DNA of 64,000 nucleotides, taken from contig DGTM01000011.1 of NCBI GenBank assembly GCA_002394305.1, positions 60,778 through 124,777 of the forward strand. Direction: 5' to 3'. Shown here one piece after another: positions 8,524 through 19,377 of the stretch (position 1 is its first letter; each line of letters opens with the position of its first letter). Source of the stretch: Prevotellaceae bacterium UBA4336. GTDB taxonomy: Bacteria > Bacteroidota > Bacteroidia > Bacteroidales > Bacteroidaceae. The translations under genes were made by a program, and so were the position numbers. A model generated the notes under the pieces. The model searched no databases. It was not told the DNA's origin and worked only from the letters and a program-made list of their open reading frames with translations.

Positions 8524-9421
8524 TCGTGTCGAATCCCTCGCCGAAGACGCCCTCCACGTTGCTCATCGATACGAATGCCCGCGGGTCGAGGCGCTTGATG
8601 AGCTGGAAGATGCTGCGGCTCTCGTGCTTCTTTGCCAGGATGAGCAGCACTTGCCGTTTCTCCTTGCTGTAGAAACCTTCGCCGTCGAGGACGGTCACGC
8701 CGCGGTCGAGCCGTGTGTTCACCTCGTGCGCTATCTCCTCGTATCGGTCGCTGATGATGATGAACTGCACGCTCTGCCGCGCGGAGTTGATGACGTAGTC
8801 GATGAAGTTTGTGCTGATGAACATAGCCAGATAGCCCACCACCACCGTTTCGATGTCGTGCTCGATGAGGTAGCTGAAGCCAATGATGACGATGTCGCAC
8901 ATGAGCAGGAGCCGTCCGAGCGAGATGTCCCAGTATTTGTTGATGGCGCTGGCGATGATGTCCGTGCCGCCCGTGCTACCGCCTGCCAGGAAGATGGTGG
9001 CAAGTCCGAGACCCTCGAAGAAGGCGCCGATGACGCATGCCATGAACTTCTGTTCGCCCAGGATGTGCACGAGGGTCGGTGTGCCGTCCGCGGCCAGTTC
9101 GGTCATCTGCACCTGCATGAGGTCGATGCTGGCAGAGATGAGCAGGGTGACGATAATCGTGCGTACCAGATAGCGCCAGCCCAGGATGCGCATTGCCATC
9201 AGCAGCAGGGCGATGTTGATGAGCAGGTAAGTGTGTCCGGCCGGGAAGCCCGTCATGTAGTATATCACGGTGGAGATACCAGACACGCCGCCGCTGACAA
9301 TCTTGTAGGGCAGCAGGAAGATGGTATATCCAATCGTGTAGATGACGGTGCCCAGGAGCATCTGCAGGTAGTCGCGCAGCAGTTGCCAGGGCGAGGGGCC
9401 TATGATGGTTCTGAGATTCAA
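8513..9421 (-). CDS. YitT-family integral membrane protein (with C-terminal DUF2179), paralog 1. It probably uses a TTG start.
   Basis: 302 aa and polytopic. The N-terminus aligns with the neighbouring paralog (…GTVIYTIGYTIFLLPYKIVSGGVSG…). The codon at 9421-9419 is TTG, preceded in frame by TAA TAA. The first ATG would remove residues conserved with paralog 2. Confidence 0.7.
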   Translation of the reverse strand: MNLRTIIGPSPWQLLRDYLQMLLGTVIYTIGYTIFLLPYKIVSGGVSGISTVIYYMTGFPAGHTYLLINIALLLMAMRILGWRYLVRTIIVTLLISASIDLMQVQMTELAADGTPTLVHILGEQKFMACVIGAFFEGLGLATIFLAGGSTGGTDIIASAINKYWDISLGRLLLMCDIVIIGFSYLIEHDIETVVVGYLAMFISTNFIDYVINSARQSVQFIIISDRYEEIAHEVNTRLDRGVTVLDGEGFYSKEKRQVLLILAKKHESRSIFQLIKRLDPRAFVSMSNVEGVFGEGFDTIKR

Positions 9422-9481
9422 GGTTATTAATAATTGGTTTTCTGTTGTTCTTTACTTCTGTATTGGTTCCTTCGGCCTGAG

Positions 9482-10375
9482 TCAAGCCTTGATGGCGTTG
9501 AAGCCGTTCCCATAGACACCCTCGGCGCGGCTTTGCGAGACGAAGGCCCCAGGGTCGGTCTCCTGCACCATGCGCAGTATCTTCACAGCTTCGTGTTTGT
9601 GCACAATGGTGATGAGGACCTTGATGTCCTGATGGCTGTAGTAGCCCTCGCCGTCCAACGTGGTAACGCTGTGGCTGGTCTCGGATATGATGCGCCGGCA
9701 TATCTCGTCGGGCTTCTTGGTGAAGATGATGAACTGGATGTCCTGCCTGGTGCTGTTGATGAGCATGTCCAGGGCGTAGGTATAGACGACCAGCGTGACA
9801 TAGCCGAACACCACCATCCTCACGTCGTGGAAGATGGGCCAGCACGATGCGATGACCAGGAAGTCGAGGAAGAGCAGGGCGCGTCCGAAGGAGATGTTGC
9901 GGTACTTGTTCACCAGCGCCGCAATGATGTCCCATCCGCCCGTGCTGCCTCCGTTGAGGAAGACGATGCCGATGCCCAAGCCGTTCAGTATGGCGCCCAG
10001 CACGCAGGCCATCGAGTCCTGACCCTCGCCGAGCACCTGTATCAGGTTGCCTGCGTCGTCCGTCATCAGTTCCTGTCCCAGCTGCAGGTAGGTCGAGAGT
10101 GCCAGCACCGCATACGAGGTCTTGATGGTGAATTTCCAGCCGAGCTTCCAGAGGGCAAACGCCAGCAGGATGCTGTTGGCAATCAGTATGGCATAGCTCA
10201 CGGGGAAGCCCGTCACGTAGTAGACGATGGCGAACATGCCCGTCATGCCGCCCGTCGTGATGTGGTAGGGCAACAGGAAGGCAGCCCACCCCAGCGAGTA
10301 GGTTGCCATTCCTATGTTGATAGCCAGGAAGTCCACAACGAACTCCCGTATCCTGTGATAGTTCAGCTTCTGCAT
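9482..10375 (-). CDS. YitT-family integral membrane protein (DUF2179), paralog 2
   Basis: The track ORF (9482-10399) begins at TTG. The first ATG at 10375 gives MQKLNYHRIREF..., removes the overlap with leuS, and the rest aligns with paralog 1 (FLLPYHITTGGMTG). Confidence 0.7.
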   Translation of the reverse strand: MQKLNYHRIREFVVDFLAINIGMATYSLGWAAFLLPYHITTGGMTGMFAIVYYVTGFPVSYAILIANSILLAFALWKLGWKFTIKTSYAVLALSTYLQLGQELMTDDAGNLIQVLGEGQDSMACVLGAILNGLGIGIVFLNGGSTGGWDIIAALVNKYRNISFGRALLFLDFLVIASCWPIFHDVRMVVFGYVTLVVYTYALDMLINSTRQDIQFIIFTKKPDEICRRIISETSHSVTTLDGEGYYSHQDIKVLITIVHKHEAVKILRMVQETDPGAFVSQSRAEGVYGNGFNAIKA

Positions 10376-10376
10376 G

Positions 10377-13268
10377 TCAGGCCTGAGGTTTGAGCACAAT
10401 GTTGACGATGCGTCCGGGGATGGCGATGGTCTTCACCACCTGCATGCCTTCGAGGTACTTGGCGGCCTCGGGCGCGGAGGTGGCGAGCTCAATCATCTGT
10501 TCGGGAGTGGCATCGGCAGGGAAGAACATGTCGAAGCGCACCTTGCCGTTGAACTGCACGCCGAGCTTCACGCTTGTCTCCACGAGGTACTTCTCCTCCC
10601 ACTGCGGCCAGCGGGCGTCGCAGACGCTTCCTTCCTGGCCGAGGGCCTCCCAAAGCTCTTCGGCAATGTGAGGTGCGAAGGGCGCGATGAGGACGGGCAA
10701 CGTCTGGAGCACCTGGCGACTGGTGCAACGCTGTTGAGTCAGTTCGTTCACGGCCACCATGAAGGCCGAGATGCTCGTGTTGTAGGAGAAAGCCTCAATG
10801 TCGGCTGTCACCTTCTTGATGAGCTTGTGCAGCGTCTTGAGGCTGTCGGCAGAGGGCTCGCCGTCGGTGGCTGCGAGTTCGCCGTCCTTCGTCCAGAAGA
10901 GTGCCCAAAGCTTCTTGAGGAAGCGGTGGCAGCCGTCGATGCCGTTGGTGTCCCAAGGCTTCGACTGCTCGACGGGGCCGAGGAACATCTCGTACAGGCG
11001 CAGCGTGTCGGCACCGAACTTCTCGACAATCATGTCGGGGTTGACCACGTTGTACATCGACTTCGACATCTTCTCGATGGCCCAGCCGCAGATGTACTTG
11101 CCATCCTCGAGAACGAACTCGGCCGTGGCGTACTCGGGGCTCCATGCCTTGAAGGCCTCGATGTCGAGCACATCGTTCTTGACAATGTTGACGTCCACAT
11201 GGATGGGCGTGACGTCGTACTGGTCCTTGAGGCCCAGCGAGACGAAGGTGTTGGTCTCCTTGATGCGGTAGACGAAGTTGGAGCGCCCCTGTATCATGCC
11301 CTGGTTGACGAGCTTCTGGAAGGGTTCGTCCTTCTTGCTCACGCCGAGGTCGAAGAGGAACTTGTTCCAGAAGCGCGAGTAGATGAGGTGACCCGTGGCA
11401 TGCTCCGAGCCGCCGACGTAGAGGTCGACGTTCTGCCAGTAGCTTGCGGCGCGGTCGCTGACCAGAGCCTTGTCGTTGTGCGGGTCCATGTAGCGGAGGT
11501 AGTAGGCGCTCGAGCCTGCAAAGCCCGGCATGGTGTAGAGCTCGATGGGGAAGACGGTCTTGTTGTCGACCAGCGAACAATCGACCACACGGCGGTTCTT
11601 CTCGTCCCAGGCCCACACTTTTGCATTGCCGAGGGGCGGTTCGCCGGTTTCTGTCGGCAGGAACTTCTCCACCTGCGGCAGTTCGATGGGCAGGCACTCC
11701 TCGGGTATCATGGTGGGGATGCCCTGCTTGTAGTAGACGGGGAAGGGCTCGCCCCAGTAGCGCTGGCGACTGAAGATGGCGTCGCGCAGACGGTAGTTCA
11801 CTTTGACGCGGCCCAGGCCATGTGCCTTGACGAAGCGCTTCGTCTCGGCTATTGCCTCCTTGATGGTGAGGCCGTTCAGGCAGAGGCGTTCGCCGTCGTA
11901 TTCGACGCTCTTCTCCGGAGCGCTGGGCGAATTGATGACGATGCCTTCCTTTGCGTCGTAGCTCTCCTCCGAGACATCGGCACCTTCCACCAGCGGGATG
12001 ATGGGCAGGCCGAAGTGACGGGCAAAGGCGTAGTCGCGGCTGTCGTGTGCGGGCACTGCCATGATGGCGCCTGTGCCGTAGCCTGCGAGGACATACTCGG
12101 CGATGTAGATGGGACACTTGTCGCCCGTGATGGGGTTGATGCCGTAGGCTCCGCTGAAGACGCCCGTGACGGTGTGGTCTATCATGCGTTCCCTCTCGGT
12201 GCGGCTCTTGACGTAGTGGAGGTACTCGTCGACGGCGGCACGCTGCTCGGGCGTCGTGACTTTGTCGACCAGCTCGCTTTCGGGTGCGAGGACGAAGAAG
12301 GTGACGCCGAACATCGTGTCGGCGCGTGTGGTGAAGATGGTGAACTCAGTTGACGAGTTGACGAGTTGTTTGTTAGTTGACGAGTTACCATTAGCTCCTT
12401 CATCAACCAGCTTGTCAACTTGTTTGCTTGTCAACTCGTCAACTATTTTAATCTTTACCTCTGTTCCTTCGCTGCGGCCTATCCAGTTGCGCTGTGTCTC
12501 CTTGATGCTCTCGCTCCAGTCGATAGTGTCGAGTCCGTCGAGGAGGCGCTGGCTGTAGGCGCTGACGCGCAGGCACCACTGCCGCATCTTCTTCTGCTCT
12601 ACGGGGTAGCCTCCGCGGACGCTGACGCCTTCGACCACTTCATCGTTGGCGAGGACGGTGCCGAGCCCCGGGCACCAGTTCACCATCGTCTCGCCGAGGA
12701 AGGCCAGACGATAGTTCATCAGCAGGTCGCTCTGTGCCTTCTCGTCGGAGGGCCAACGGCCTTCCTGCTTGAACTTCTCGATGAGGCGTTCGATGGGCTG
12801 TGCCTTCTGGAGCTCTTCGTTGAAGTAGCTGTTGAACATCTTCTGGAAGGCCCATTGCGTCCAGTGGTAGTAGTCGGGTGTGCAGGTGCGCACTTCGCGG
12901 TCCCAGTCGAAGGAGAAGCCTATCTTGTCGAGCTGCTCGCGGTAGCGGTCGATGTTGGCGAAGGTTGTCTTCTCGGGGTGCTGTCCGGTCTTGATGGCGT
13001 ACTGCTCGGCTGGCAGTCCGTAGGCGTCGTAGCCCATGGGGTTGAGTACGTTGAAGCCCTGGAGCCGCTTGTAGCGTGCATAGATGTCGCTGGCGATGTA
13101 GCCGAGGGGGTGGCCTACGTGCAGTCCTGCGCCGCTGGGGTAGGGGAACATGTTGAGGACGTAGAACTTCTTACGGTTCACGTCCTCGGTGACTTTGTAG
13201 GTGTGGCGCTGCGTCCAGAGGCGGTGCCACTTCTGTTCTATCTCGCGGAAGTTATATTCTTTTGCCAT
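10377..13268 (-). CDS. leuS: Leucine--tRNA ligase
   Basis: 963 aa. It shows the class I signatures [16 protein letters not shown] (HIGH region) and KMSKSMYN (KMSKS), plus the TTRADT editing-domain motif. Collinear LeuRS similarity runs throughout. Confidence 0.97.
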   Translation of the reverse strand: MAKEYNFREIEQKWHRLWTQRHTYKVTEDVNRKKFYVLNMFPYPSGAGLHVGHPLGYIASDIYARYKRLQGFNVLNPMGYDAYGLPAEQYAIKTGQHPEKTTFANIDRYREQLDKIGFSFDWDREVRTCTPDYYHWTQWAFQKMFNSYFNEELQKAQPIERLIEKFKQEGRWPSDEKAQSDLLMNYRLAFLGETMVNWCPGLGTVLANDEVVEGVSVRGGYPVEQKKMRQWCLRVSAYSQRLLDGLDTIDWSESIKETQRNWIGRSEGTEVKIKIVDELTSKQVDKLVDEGANGNSSTNKQLVNSSTEFTIFTTRADTMFGVTFFVLAPESELVDKVTTPEQRAAVDEYLHYVKSRTERERMIDHTVTGVFSGAYGINPITGDKCPIYIAEYVLAGYGTGAIMAVPAHDSRDYAFARHFGLPIIPLVEGADVSEESYDAKEGIVINSPSAPEKSVEYDGERLCLNGLTIKEAIAETKRFVKAHGLGRVKVNYRLRDAIFSRQRYWGEPFPVYYKQGIPTMIPEECLPIELPQVEKFLPTETGEPPLGNAKVWAWDEKNRRVVDCSLVDNKTVFPIELYTMPGFAGSSAYYLRYMDPHNDKALVSDRAASYWQNVDLYVGGSEHATGHLIYSRFWNKFLFDLGVSKKDEPFQKLVNQGMIQGRSNFVYRIKETNTFVSLGLKDQYDVTPIHVDVNIVKNDVLDIEAFKAWSPEYATAEFVLEDGKYICGWAIEKMSKSMYNVVNPDMIVEKFGADTLRLYEMFLGPVEQSKPWDTNGIDGCHRFLKKLWALFWTKDGELAATDGEPSADSLKTLHKLIKKVTADIEAFSYNTSISAFMVAVNELTQQRCTSRQVLQTLPVLIAPFAPHIAEELWEALGQEGSVCDARWPQWEEKYLVETSVKLGVQFNGKVRFDMFFPADATPEQMIELATSAPEAAKYLEGMQVVKTIAIPGRIVNIVLKPQA
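12349..12443. repeat. Palindromic word-repeat element (GTTGACGAG three times forward, C[TC][TC]GTCAAC three times reverse), in frame inside leuS
   Basis: The sequence is agttgacgagttgacgagttgtttgttagttgacgagtt...cttgtcaacttgtttgcttgtcaactcgtcaact. The outer 15 nt are perfect reverse complements. It encodes [32 protein letters not shown] directly N-terminal to [10 protein letters not shown]. Confidence 0.75.
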
Positions 13269-13274
13269 TGCTTT

Positions 13275-13991
13275 TTAGAAACGATAGCCAATCGTGATGC
13301 TGAAGTTGAAGTTCTTTACTTTGGGAAGGCGCATTCCCCATGCCTGATAGTAGTCATCGCGATAGCTGTCGCGGTAGATGTCAGCCAGGCCCCAGTCGCA
13401 GCCAAACATCAGGTTGTAGTGCTGGTTGTACTCTGCACCTACGCGGAAGCCGATGCCTGCGTCCCAGCGCTGGAAGGTCTCGACGGGATAGCCGTAGTTC
13501 TTGAAGGCCTTGTATGTGCCGAGGTCCTCGAGTTTGTTGGCTGCTTCTCCGTCGAAGTCTACACTGAGCTTGTGCTTGCCGCCCACGCCGACAGCGAAGT
13601 AGGGGCCAATCTCTGCGAAGAGGCCCAGGTTGTCCAAGGGGTTGTAGCGGAAGCCGACACGGATGGGAATCTCGAAGTAGTGGAGGTTGTACTTGGCTGT
13701 GGCATCGACGTCGGTGCCTGCTATATTTCTGGACAACGACTTCTTGCCGCCCTTCATGGTCCAGTCGAGGCCGGCAGTCAGGTAGGTTCCGTGGGCGTAG
13801 GGGAGGACATAGTCCACGCGGGCTCCCATTGTGGCGCCGGGCTTGGCGTTGTACTCGTGGTTCTGAAGCTTCGATACGTTCATGCCGAAGATTCCCATGA
13901 AGGTGAAGCCTTCTTCGGGTTCGTTGTCGAGTGCCTTTGCATTGCCGGCGCACATCACGAGGGCAATTGCTGCGATAAGAAACTTTTTCAT
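13275..13991 (-). CDS. Outer-membrane beta-barrel protein (OmpW/porin-like small barrel)
   Basis: 238 aa with a signal peptide (MKKFLIAAIALVMCAGNAKA), an alternating amphipathic pattern, aromatic girdle residues and a C-terminal ...TIGYRF. Confidence 0.65.
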   Translation of the reverse strand: MKKFLIAAIALVMCAGNAKALDNEPEEGFTFMGIFGMNVSKLQNHEYNAKPGATMGARVDYVLPYAHGTYLTAGLDWTMKGGKKSLSRNIAGTDVDATAKYNLHYFEIPIRVGFRYNPLDNLGLFAEIGPYFAVGVGGKHKLSVDFDGEAANKLEDLGTYKAFKNYGYPVETFQRWDAGIGFRVGAEYNQHYNLMFGCDWGLADIYRDSYRDDYYQAWGMRLPKVKNFNFSITIGYRF

Positions 13992-14030
13992 AATCTGTGA
14001 GTTTTTTTGGTTATTGTTTGTTCTGTGTTT

Positions 14031-14348
14031 CTAATGTCTGTCTGTCTTGCCGGCCTGTGCTGTGGGTTCTCTGCGACAGTCCCAGAAGGCAACGATGTGG
14101 ATGGCATCGTCTTTGACGCAATAAACCATCTTGCTTAGGCTGTTTATAATCATGCTGCGATACATGATGGCGCGGTCGGAGAAGAGGGGGTCGATGGAGC
14201 CGACGTTGGGTTGGTTTTTCATGAGCGTTTCGGCAGACCTGACCTTTTGTGTGAAATCCAGTCTTGCTTTGCGGCCAAACCTTTTTTGGATGTGTCGGGC
14301 TATCTGCCTGAATGATGCACTTGCTTCGGTCTGCCAGATGATTGTCAT
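14031..14348 (-). CDS. Type II toxin, RelE/ParE family
   Basis: 105 aa. The pattern IIWQTEASASFRQIARHI...YRSMIINSLSKMVYCVKDDAIHIVAFWDCRREP fits ParE/RelE toxins. A 4-nt ATGA overlap links it to the upstream small acidic ORF. Confidence 0.7.
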   Translation of the reverse strand: MTIIWQTEASASFRQIARHIQKRFGRKARLDFTQKVRSAETLMKNQPNVGSIDPLFSDRAIMYRSMIINSLSKMVYCVKDDAIHIVAFWDCRREPTAQAGKTDRH

Positions 14349-14707
14349 ACTGCTTTGTGTTGATATTCCTCTATGTATGAGCCGATACGTTGTCCCTCTT
14401 CTTCTTCTGCATCATCCTCCGCAAGGTCTTTTTCCAGTTCGCGCCATACTTCTTCGTCGGGTATTCCTCTACCGGCGGTCATTTCAGCCTCTGCTGCGTC
14501 GAGCATGGTGTTGATTTCCTCCATGGTGTAGGGCTTTGGCTGGTGTCCTTCGCTTTCTGGCGTGTGTGCCTTTCCTGCCGAGGGTTTCATGCTTTCCGCC
14601 AGCAAGGCTATCAGTTCCAGTTTCTGGCTGTTGTCCAGGTCTTTCACCATACCCCAGTATTCTCTGACAGGTTGGGAAGCATATTGTGTGTCTGTCGAGG
14701 TCGCCAT
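14345..14707 (-). CDS. Putative antitoxin / addiction-module component
   Basis: 120 aa and acidic. It is translationally coupled to the toxin through the ATGA overlap, has a C-terminal helical acidic segment (EEVWRELEKDLAEDDAEEEE), and its own -7 box lies 31 nt upstream. Confidence 0.5.
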   Translation of the reverse strand: MATSTDTQYASQPVREYWGMVKDLDNSQKLELIALLAESMKPSAGKAHTPESEGHQPKPYTMEEINTMLDAAEAEMTAGRGIPDEEVWRELEKDLAEDDAEEEEGQRIGSYIEEYQHKAV

Positions 14708-14737
14708 TTATCTGTCCTTTATTTATGTTTCCGCGTG

Positions 14738-14745
14738 CAAAGGTA
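14738..14745 (-). promoter_or_regulatory. Bacteroidetes sigma-A -7 box (TACCTTTG) for the toxin-antitoxin operon
   Basis: The reverse complement of caaaggta is TACCTTTG, which matches TAnnTTTG. It lies 31 nt upstream of the antitoxin ATG. Confidence 0.5.
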
Positions 14746-15132
14746 CGAAGATTTTGAGAATTTAGAAAGAAGAACGGGAATAATTTTATCAGTCCGCGAT
14801 GCGACGCGCCCGGGTGTAGAGTGGAAAATCCTTTACAGAGAATGGCGGCGAAGCGCGGCGTTCCGGGTGGCTCGGCGTGGGGCGTCGGCGAATACAGCGT
14901 GCTGTGTGGGTCATCACAGCATGGGTCTTCCGAAAATCCGGCGTGCCGTGTCCGCCTTCCGAACGTGCCGATTTTGTCCCGAAAGTGTGCGTTTTGTTGC
15001 TGTAGAGAATGGCGTGCGTGTACTTTCTTTGCATGCGGTTTGGAAAAGCGGCTCTGTAACATGCTGATTGTCAATCGCGACTCGATTTGAGCGCAAATAA
15101 CGCATTTGGGGCTCCCGAGTGCCGGAAGCCCC

Positions 15133-15157
15133 AAAACAAGCCGTCTGTGGAGGACGG
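15133..15157 (-). terminator. Weak intrinsic terminator downstream of the esterase gene
   Basis: The minus strand reads ccgtc-ctccaca-gacgg followed by cttgtttt. A second hairpin, ggggct...agcccc, lies at 15108-15132. Confidence 0.4.
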
Positions 15158-15179
15158 TCTCGGAAAAGCTGTTACAAAA

Positions 15180-16331
<1,152 letters not shown>

Positions 16332-16393
16332 TTATATAATAAGGTGAAACATTTTTGCTTGTAAACGGTTGCCTTGAGCCTAAAATCTGAACA

Positions 16394-16401
16394 CAAAGTT
16401 A
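16394..16401 (-). promoter_or_regulatory. -7 box (TAACTTTG) for the esterase gene
   Basis: The reverse complement of caaagtta matches TAnnTTTG and lies 69 nt upstream of the ATG at 16325. Confidence 0.45.
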
Positions 16402-16520
16402 AGTATTTTTTGGCAAACGCTTTCTTGTTTGCAAAAAAAAGTGTTACTTTGTAGCGAAAATAACTAAATCAGGGGTTGCGGGCAACAGGTTTGCCTGCCA
16501 ATCCGCCAACAAGAAGCGAT

Positions 16521-19352
16521 ATGAGACACATCTTTCTGCCTTTGCTGGCAATGCTCATGATAGTGCAGAGTGCCGCAGGAAGCGACCTGACAGGCTTCCG
16601 CGTGAGTAGGATGACAGAACCGGCCGGCATCGTCCGCACGGCACAGTTCTCTTGGCAGACCGTCAGCAAGAAGCCAAACGTCATGCAGACGGCCTACCGC
16701 ATGCGTGTGGCAGCATCGAAGTCCGACCTCAAGTCTGGCCGCAACCTGCTTTGGGACAGCGAAAGAACGCCGTCCGACGAGAGCGTCATGGTGCCCTACC
16801 AGGGGCGTCGGCTGCCCTACGAGAGCCGCATCTACTGGCAGGTGGAGGTATGGCTTAACACGGGCGAACACCTCACAAGCCCCGTGCAAAGCTTCCTGAC
16901 CGGACTCAAGCAGTTCCGCAGCGATGCAGAGTGGATAGGAGCAGCCTCCACCGACCCCTCCAAAGGAGAGGGGAATGGCGGGACGAGCGGACAGGTCACC
17001 CCTCCCTCGGAGGGGACGGGCGAGGCCTATGACCTCCCGGCCCGCTACCTCCGCCACACCTTCACGGTCGGCAGCAAGGTGCGCCGCGCCATACTCTACG
17101 TCAGCGGCATGGGCTACAGCTCCACCTATATCAACGGCAAACCCGTCAGCCCCGACGTCTTCGGCACCCTTCAGACCGACTACACGAAGACCGTCTACTA
17201 CAACACCTACGACGTCACCTCCCTGCTCCGCCGCGGCAGCAATGCCATCGCGTCGGTGCTCGGCAACGGCTACGTGCTCGGCTTCAGCCAGGGCTTCGCC
17301 TCGTTCGGACTGCCACGCCTGAAGGCACAGCTCGTTGTAGAGACCGACCGCGACACCCTCTGCGTCGTGAGCGGAACGGACTGGAAGGTCACGACGGAAG
17401 GCCCCATCCAGCGCAACCACCTCTACAACGGCGAACGCTACGAGGCCGCACGCGAGATGAAGGGCTGGCAGACCGCCGCCTTCGACGACTCCCGCTGGCA
17501 GCAGGCACAGCGAATGCCCGCACCCACCGGCATCGTGCAGCCACAGCCCTGTCCCGGCATGCGCGTGCAGAAAGAGCTGCAGGCGCAGAGCATCCGCCGC
17601 ACAGCCGACGGGCGCTTCATCGTCGACCTCGGGCAGAACATGGTCGGGCAGCTCCGCGTACACCTCGTCGGGCAGAAGGACGTCCCCGTCGTCATCCGGC
17701 ATGCCGAAATCCTCGACCCGAACGACCCCGAGCAACTCTCCGTGGCAAACCTCCGCACAGCCAAGTGCACCAACACCTATGTCCCTGCCGCCGACGGACC
17801 GTTCACCTATCAGCCACAGCTCGTCTACCAGGGCTTCCGCTACGTCGAGATATCCGGCGTCGCACAGGCGCCCCGCCTCTCCGACATCACAGGCTGCGTC
17901 ATCTACGACTACATGGCCGACCAGGGAACCTTCTGGTGCGACAACGAACTCCTCAACCAGCTGCACAAGAATGCCTACTGGGGCATCATCGGCAACTACC
18001 ACGGCATGCCCACCGACTGCCCACAGCGCGACGAACGGCTGGGCTGGACGGGCGACCACGTGATGGGATGCTACGGCGAGAACCTCCTGCTCGACAACGG
18101 AGCACTCTACTACAAGTGGCTCCAGGACAACATTGACACGCAGGATGAAAACGGACTCCTCGCCGACATCGCACCCGCCTACTGGGTGGCACGCGGCGGA
18201 GACGTGGCGTGGGAGGCCCTCTCCGTCTACGCCACATACATGCTCCTGGTGCGCTACAACGACACCGACGCCGTGCTCAAGTACTATCCGGCACTCCAGA
18301 AATACGTCCTCTACCTGGACCGCAACCTCCAGGACGGCATCGTGCCCACCAACAGCTACGGCGACTGGTGCATGCCGCCCGAGCGCCCCGACCTCATTCA
18401 CAGCGAGGACCCCGCCCGCAAGACCGACGGCAAGCTCATCTCCACCGCCATGTACTACAGCGTGCTCACCATGATGGGCCAGATGGCAATACAGCTCGGA
18501 CTGCAGGCCGACATGCTCGACTACGACCGCCGGCAAGAGAAGCTCCGCGAAGCATACAACCGACATTTCTATAACCCCGAGACGGCAAGCTACACGGGCA
18601 ACACGGTCACGGCCAACCTCCTCTCCCTCGAGTTCGGCCTCGTGCCTAAGGGAGACGAGGAACGCGTCATGCAGAACATCGTGGATGTCACTGAGAGAAC
18701 CTACAACGGACACGTCAGCTGCGGCGTGCTCGGCATGCAGCATCTCATGACGGGCCTCACCCATCGCGGCCATCTCGACCTGGCTATGCGCATCATCCTG
18801 CAAAGGGATTATCCCAGCTTCGGCTACATGATAGACCAGGGCGCCACTACCATCTGGGAACTCTGGAACGGCAATACCGCCGACCCCGCCATGAACAGCG
18901 GCAACCACGTCATGCTCCTCGGCGACCTCCTCATCTGGATGTACGGCGACCTGGCAGGCATACGACAGACACGTACCAGCCGCGCCTACAAGGAACTGGA
19001 CATGCACCTGAGCATGCCCGAGCAGCTCAACCACGTCCGCGCCACGCACCAGACACCCTACGGTACCGTCTGCAGCGAATGGAAGCGAACGGAGGAAGGC
19101 ATCGAATGGACGGTGGAAGTGCCGGCCAACAGCAGGGCCCGCATACACGTTCCCTCCGGCTATACGGTGCAGGGCATGCACAGCTTGCGGTGGGCCAGCG
19201 CAGAGGTGGAGAACGACGACATCTGCCTTCTGGTCGGCTCCGGCACCTACACCATCAAGGCCCACAAGGTGTTCACCGCACCGCAGCAGACCATATTCCG
19301 CCGCATGACGGAGACTCTGAGGAATATCCCCGAGTTCATCAAGAACTTCTGA
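16521..19352 (+). CDS. Alpha-L-rhamnosidase (GH78)
   Basis: The track ORF starts at TTG 16476. The ATG at 16521 gives the signal peptide MRHIFLPLLAMLMIVQSAAG. The hallmark GMPTDCPQRDERLGWTGD and overall GH78 collinearity are visible. The long antisense ORF 16464-19361 is rejected. Confidence 0.85.
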   Translation: MRHIFLPLLAMLMIVQSAAGSDLTGFRVSRMTEPAGIVRTAQFSWQTVSKKPNVMQTAYRMRVAASKSDLKSGRNLLWDSERTPSDESVMVPYQGRRLPYESRIYWQVEVWLNTGEHLTSPVQSFLTGLKQFRSDAEWIGAASTDPSKGEGNGGTSGQVTPPSEGTGEAYDLPARYLRHTFTVGSKVRRAILYVSGMGYSSTYINGKPVSPDVFGTLQTDYTKTVYYNTYDVTSLLRRGSNAIASVLGNGYVLGFSQGFASFGLPRLKAQLVVETDRDTLCVVSGTDWKVTTEGPIQRNHLYNGERYEAAREMKGWQTAAFDDSRWQQAQRMPAPTGIVQPQPCPGMRVQKELQAQSIRRTADGRFIVDLGQNMVGQLRVHLVGQKDVPVVIRHAEILDPNDPEQLSVANLRTAKCTNTYVPAADGPFTYQPQLVYQGFRYVEISGVAQAPRLSDITGCVIYDYMADQGTFWCDNELLNQLHKNAYWGIIGNYHGMPTDCPQRDERLGWTGDHVMGCYGENLLLDNGALYYKWLQDNIDTQDENGLLADIAPAYWVARGGDVAWEALSVYATYMLLVRYNDTDAVLKYYPALQKYVLYLDRNLQDGIVPTNSYGDWCMPPERPDLIHSEDPARKTDGKLISTAMYYSVLTMMGQMAIQLGLQADMLDYDRRQEKLREAYNRHFYNPETASYTGNTVTANLLSLEFGLVPKGDEERVMQNIVDVTERTYNGHVSCGVLGMQHLMTGLTHRGHLDLAMRIILQRDYPSFGYMIDQGATTIWELWNGNTADPAMNSGNHVMLLGDLLIWMYGDLAGIRQTRTSRAYKELDMHLSMPEQLNHVRATHQTPYGTVCSEWKRTEEGIEWTVEVPANSRARIHVPSGYTVQGMHSLRWASAEVENDDICLLVGSGTYTIKAHKVFTAPQQTIFRRMTETLRNIPEFIKNF
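16955..17015. repeat. Two small hairpins (cccctc-caaagga-gagggg and cccctcc-ctc-ggagggg), in frame inside GH78
   Basis: They encode DPSKGEGNGGTSGQVTPPSEGTGE in a position where I expect no sequence in GH78 relatives. The GEG/GRG-type coding matches the other in-frame elements. Confidence 0.55.
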
Positions 19353-19377
19353 CGCGAACAACTAACAACCTTCAACC

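Noticed and set aside
16464-19361. A 965-aa ORF antisense to the GH78 gene. Similar very long antisense or overlapping ORFs lie at 50945-55390 (1,481 aa), 5450-7645, 10374-12353, 12420-14000, 34461-36125, 3177-4655, 3944-5335, 20404-21828, 58797-60026 and 59225-60964.
   Set aside because: Their translations are Arg/Ala/Gly/Val/His-rich low-complexity strings with no recognisable motifs. Each lies opposite, or out of frame with, a gene that has clear family signatures. High GC content suppresses stop codons in non-coding frames.
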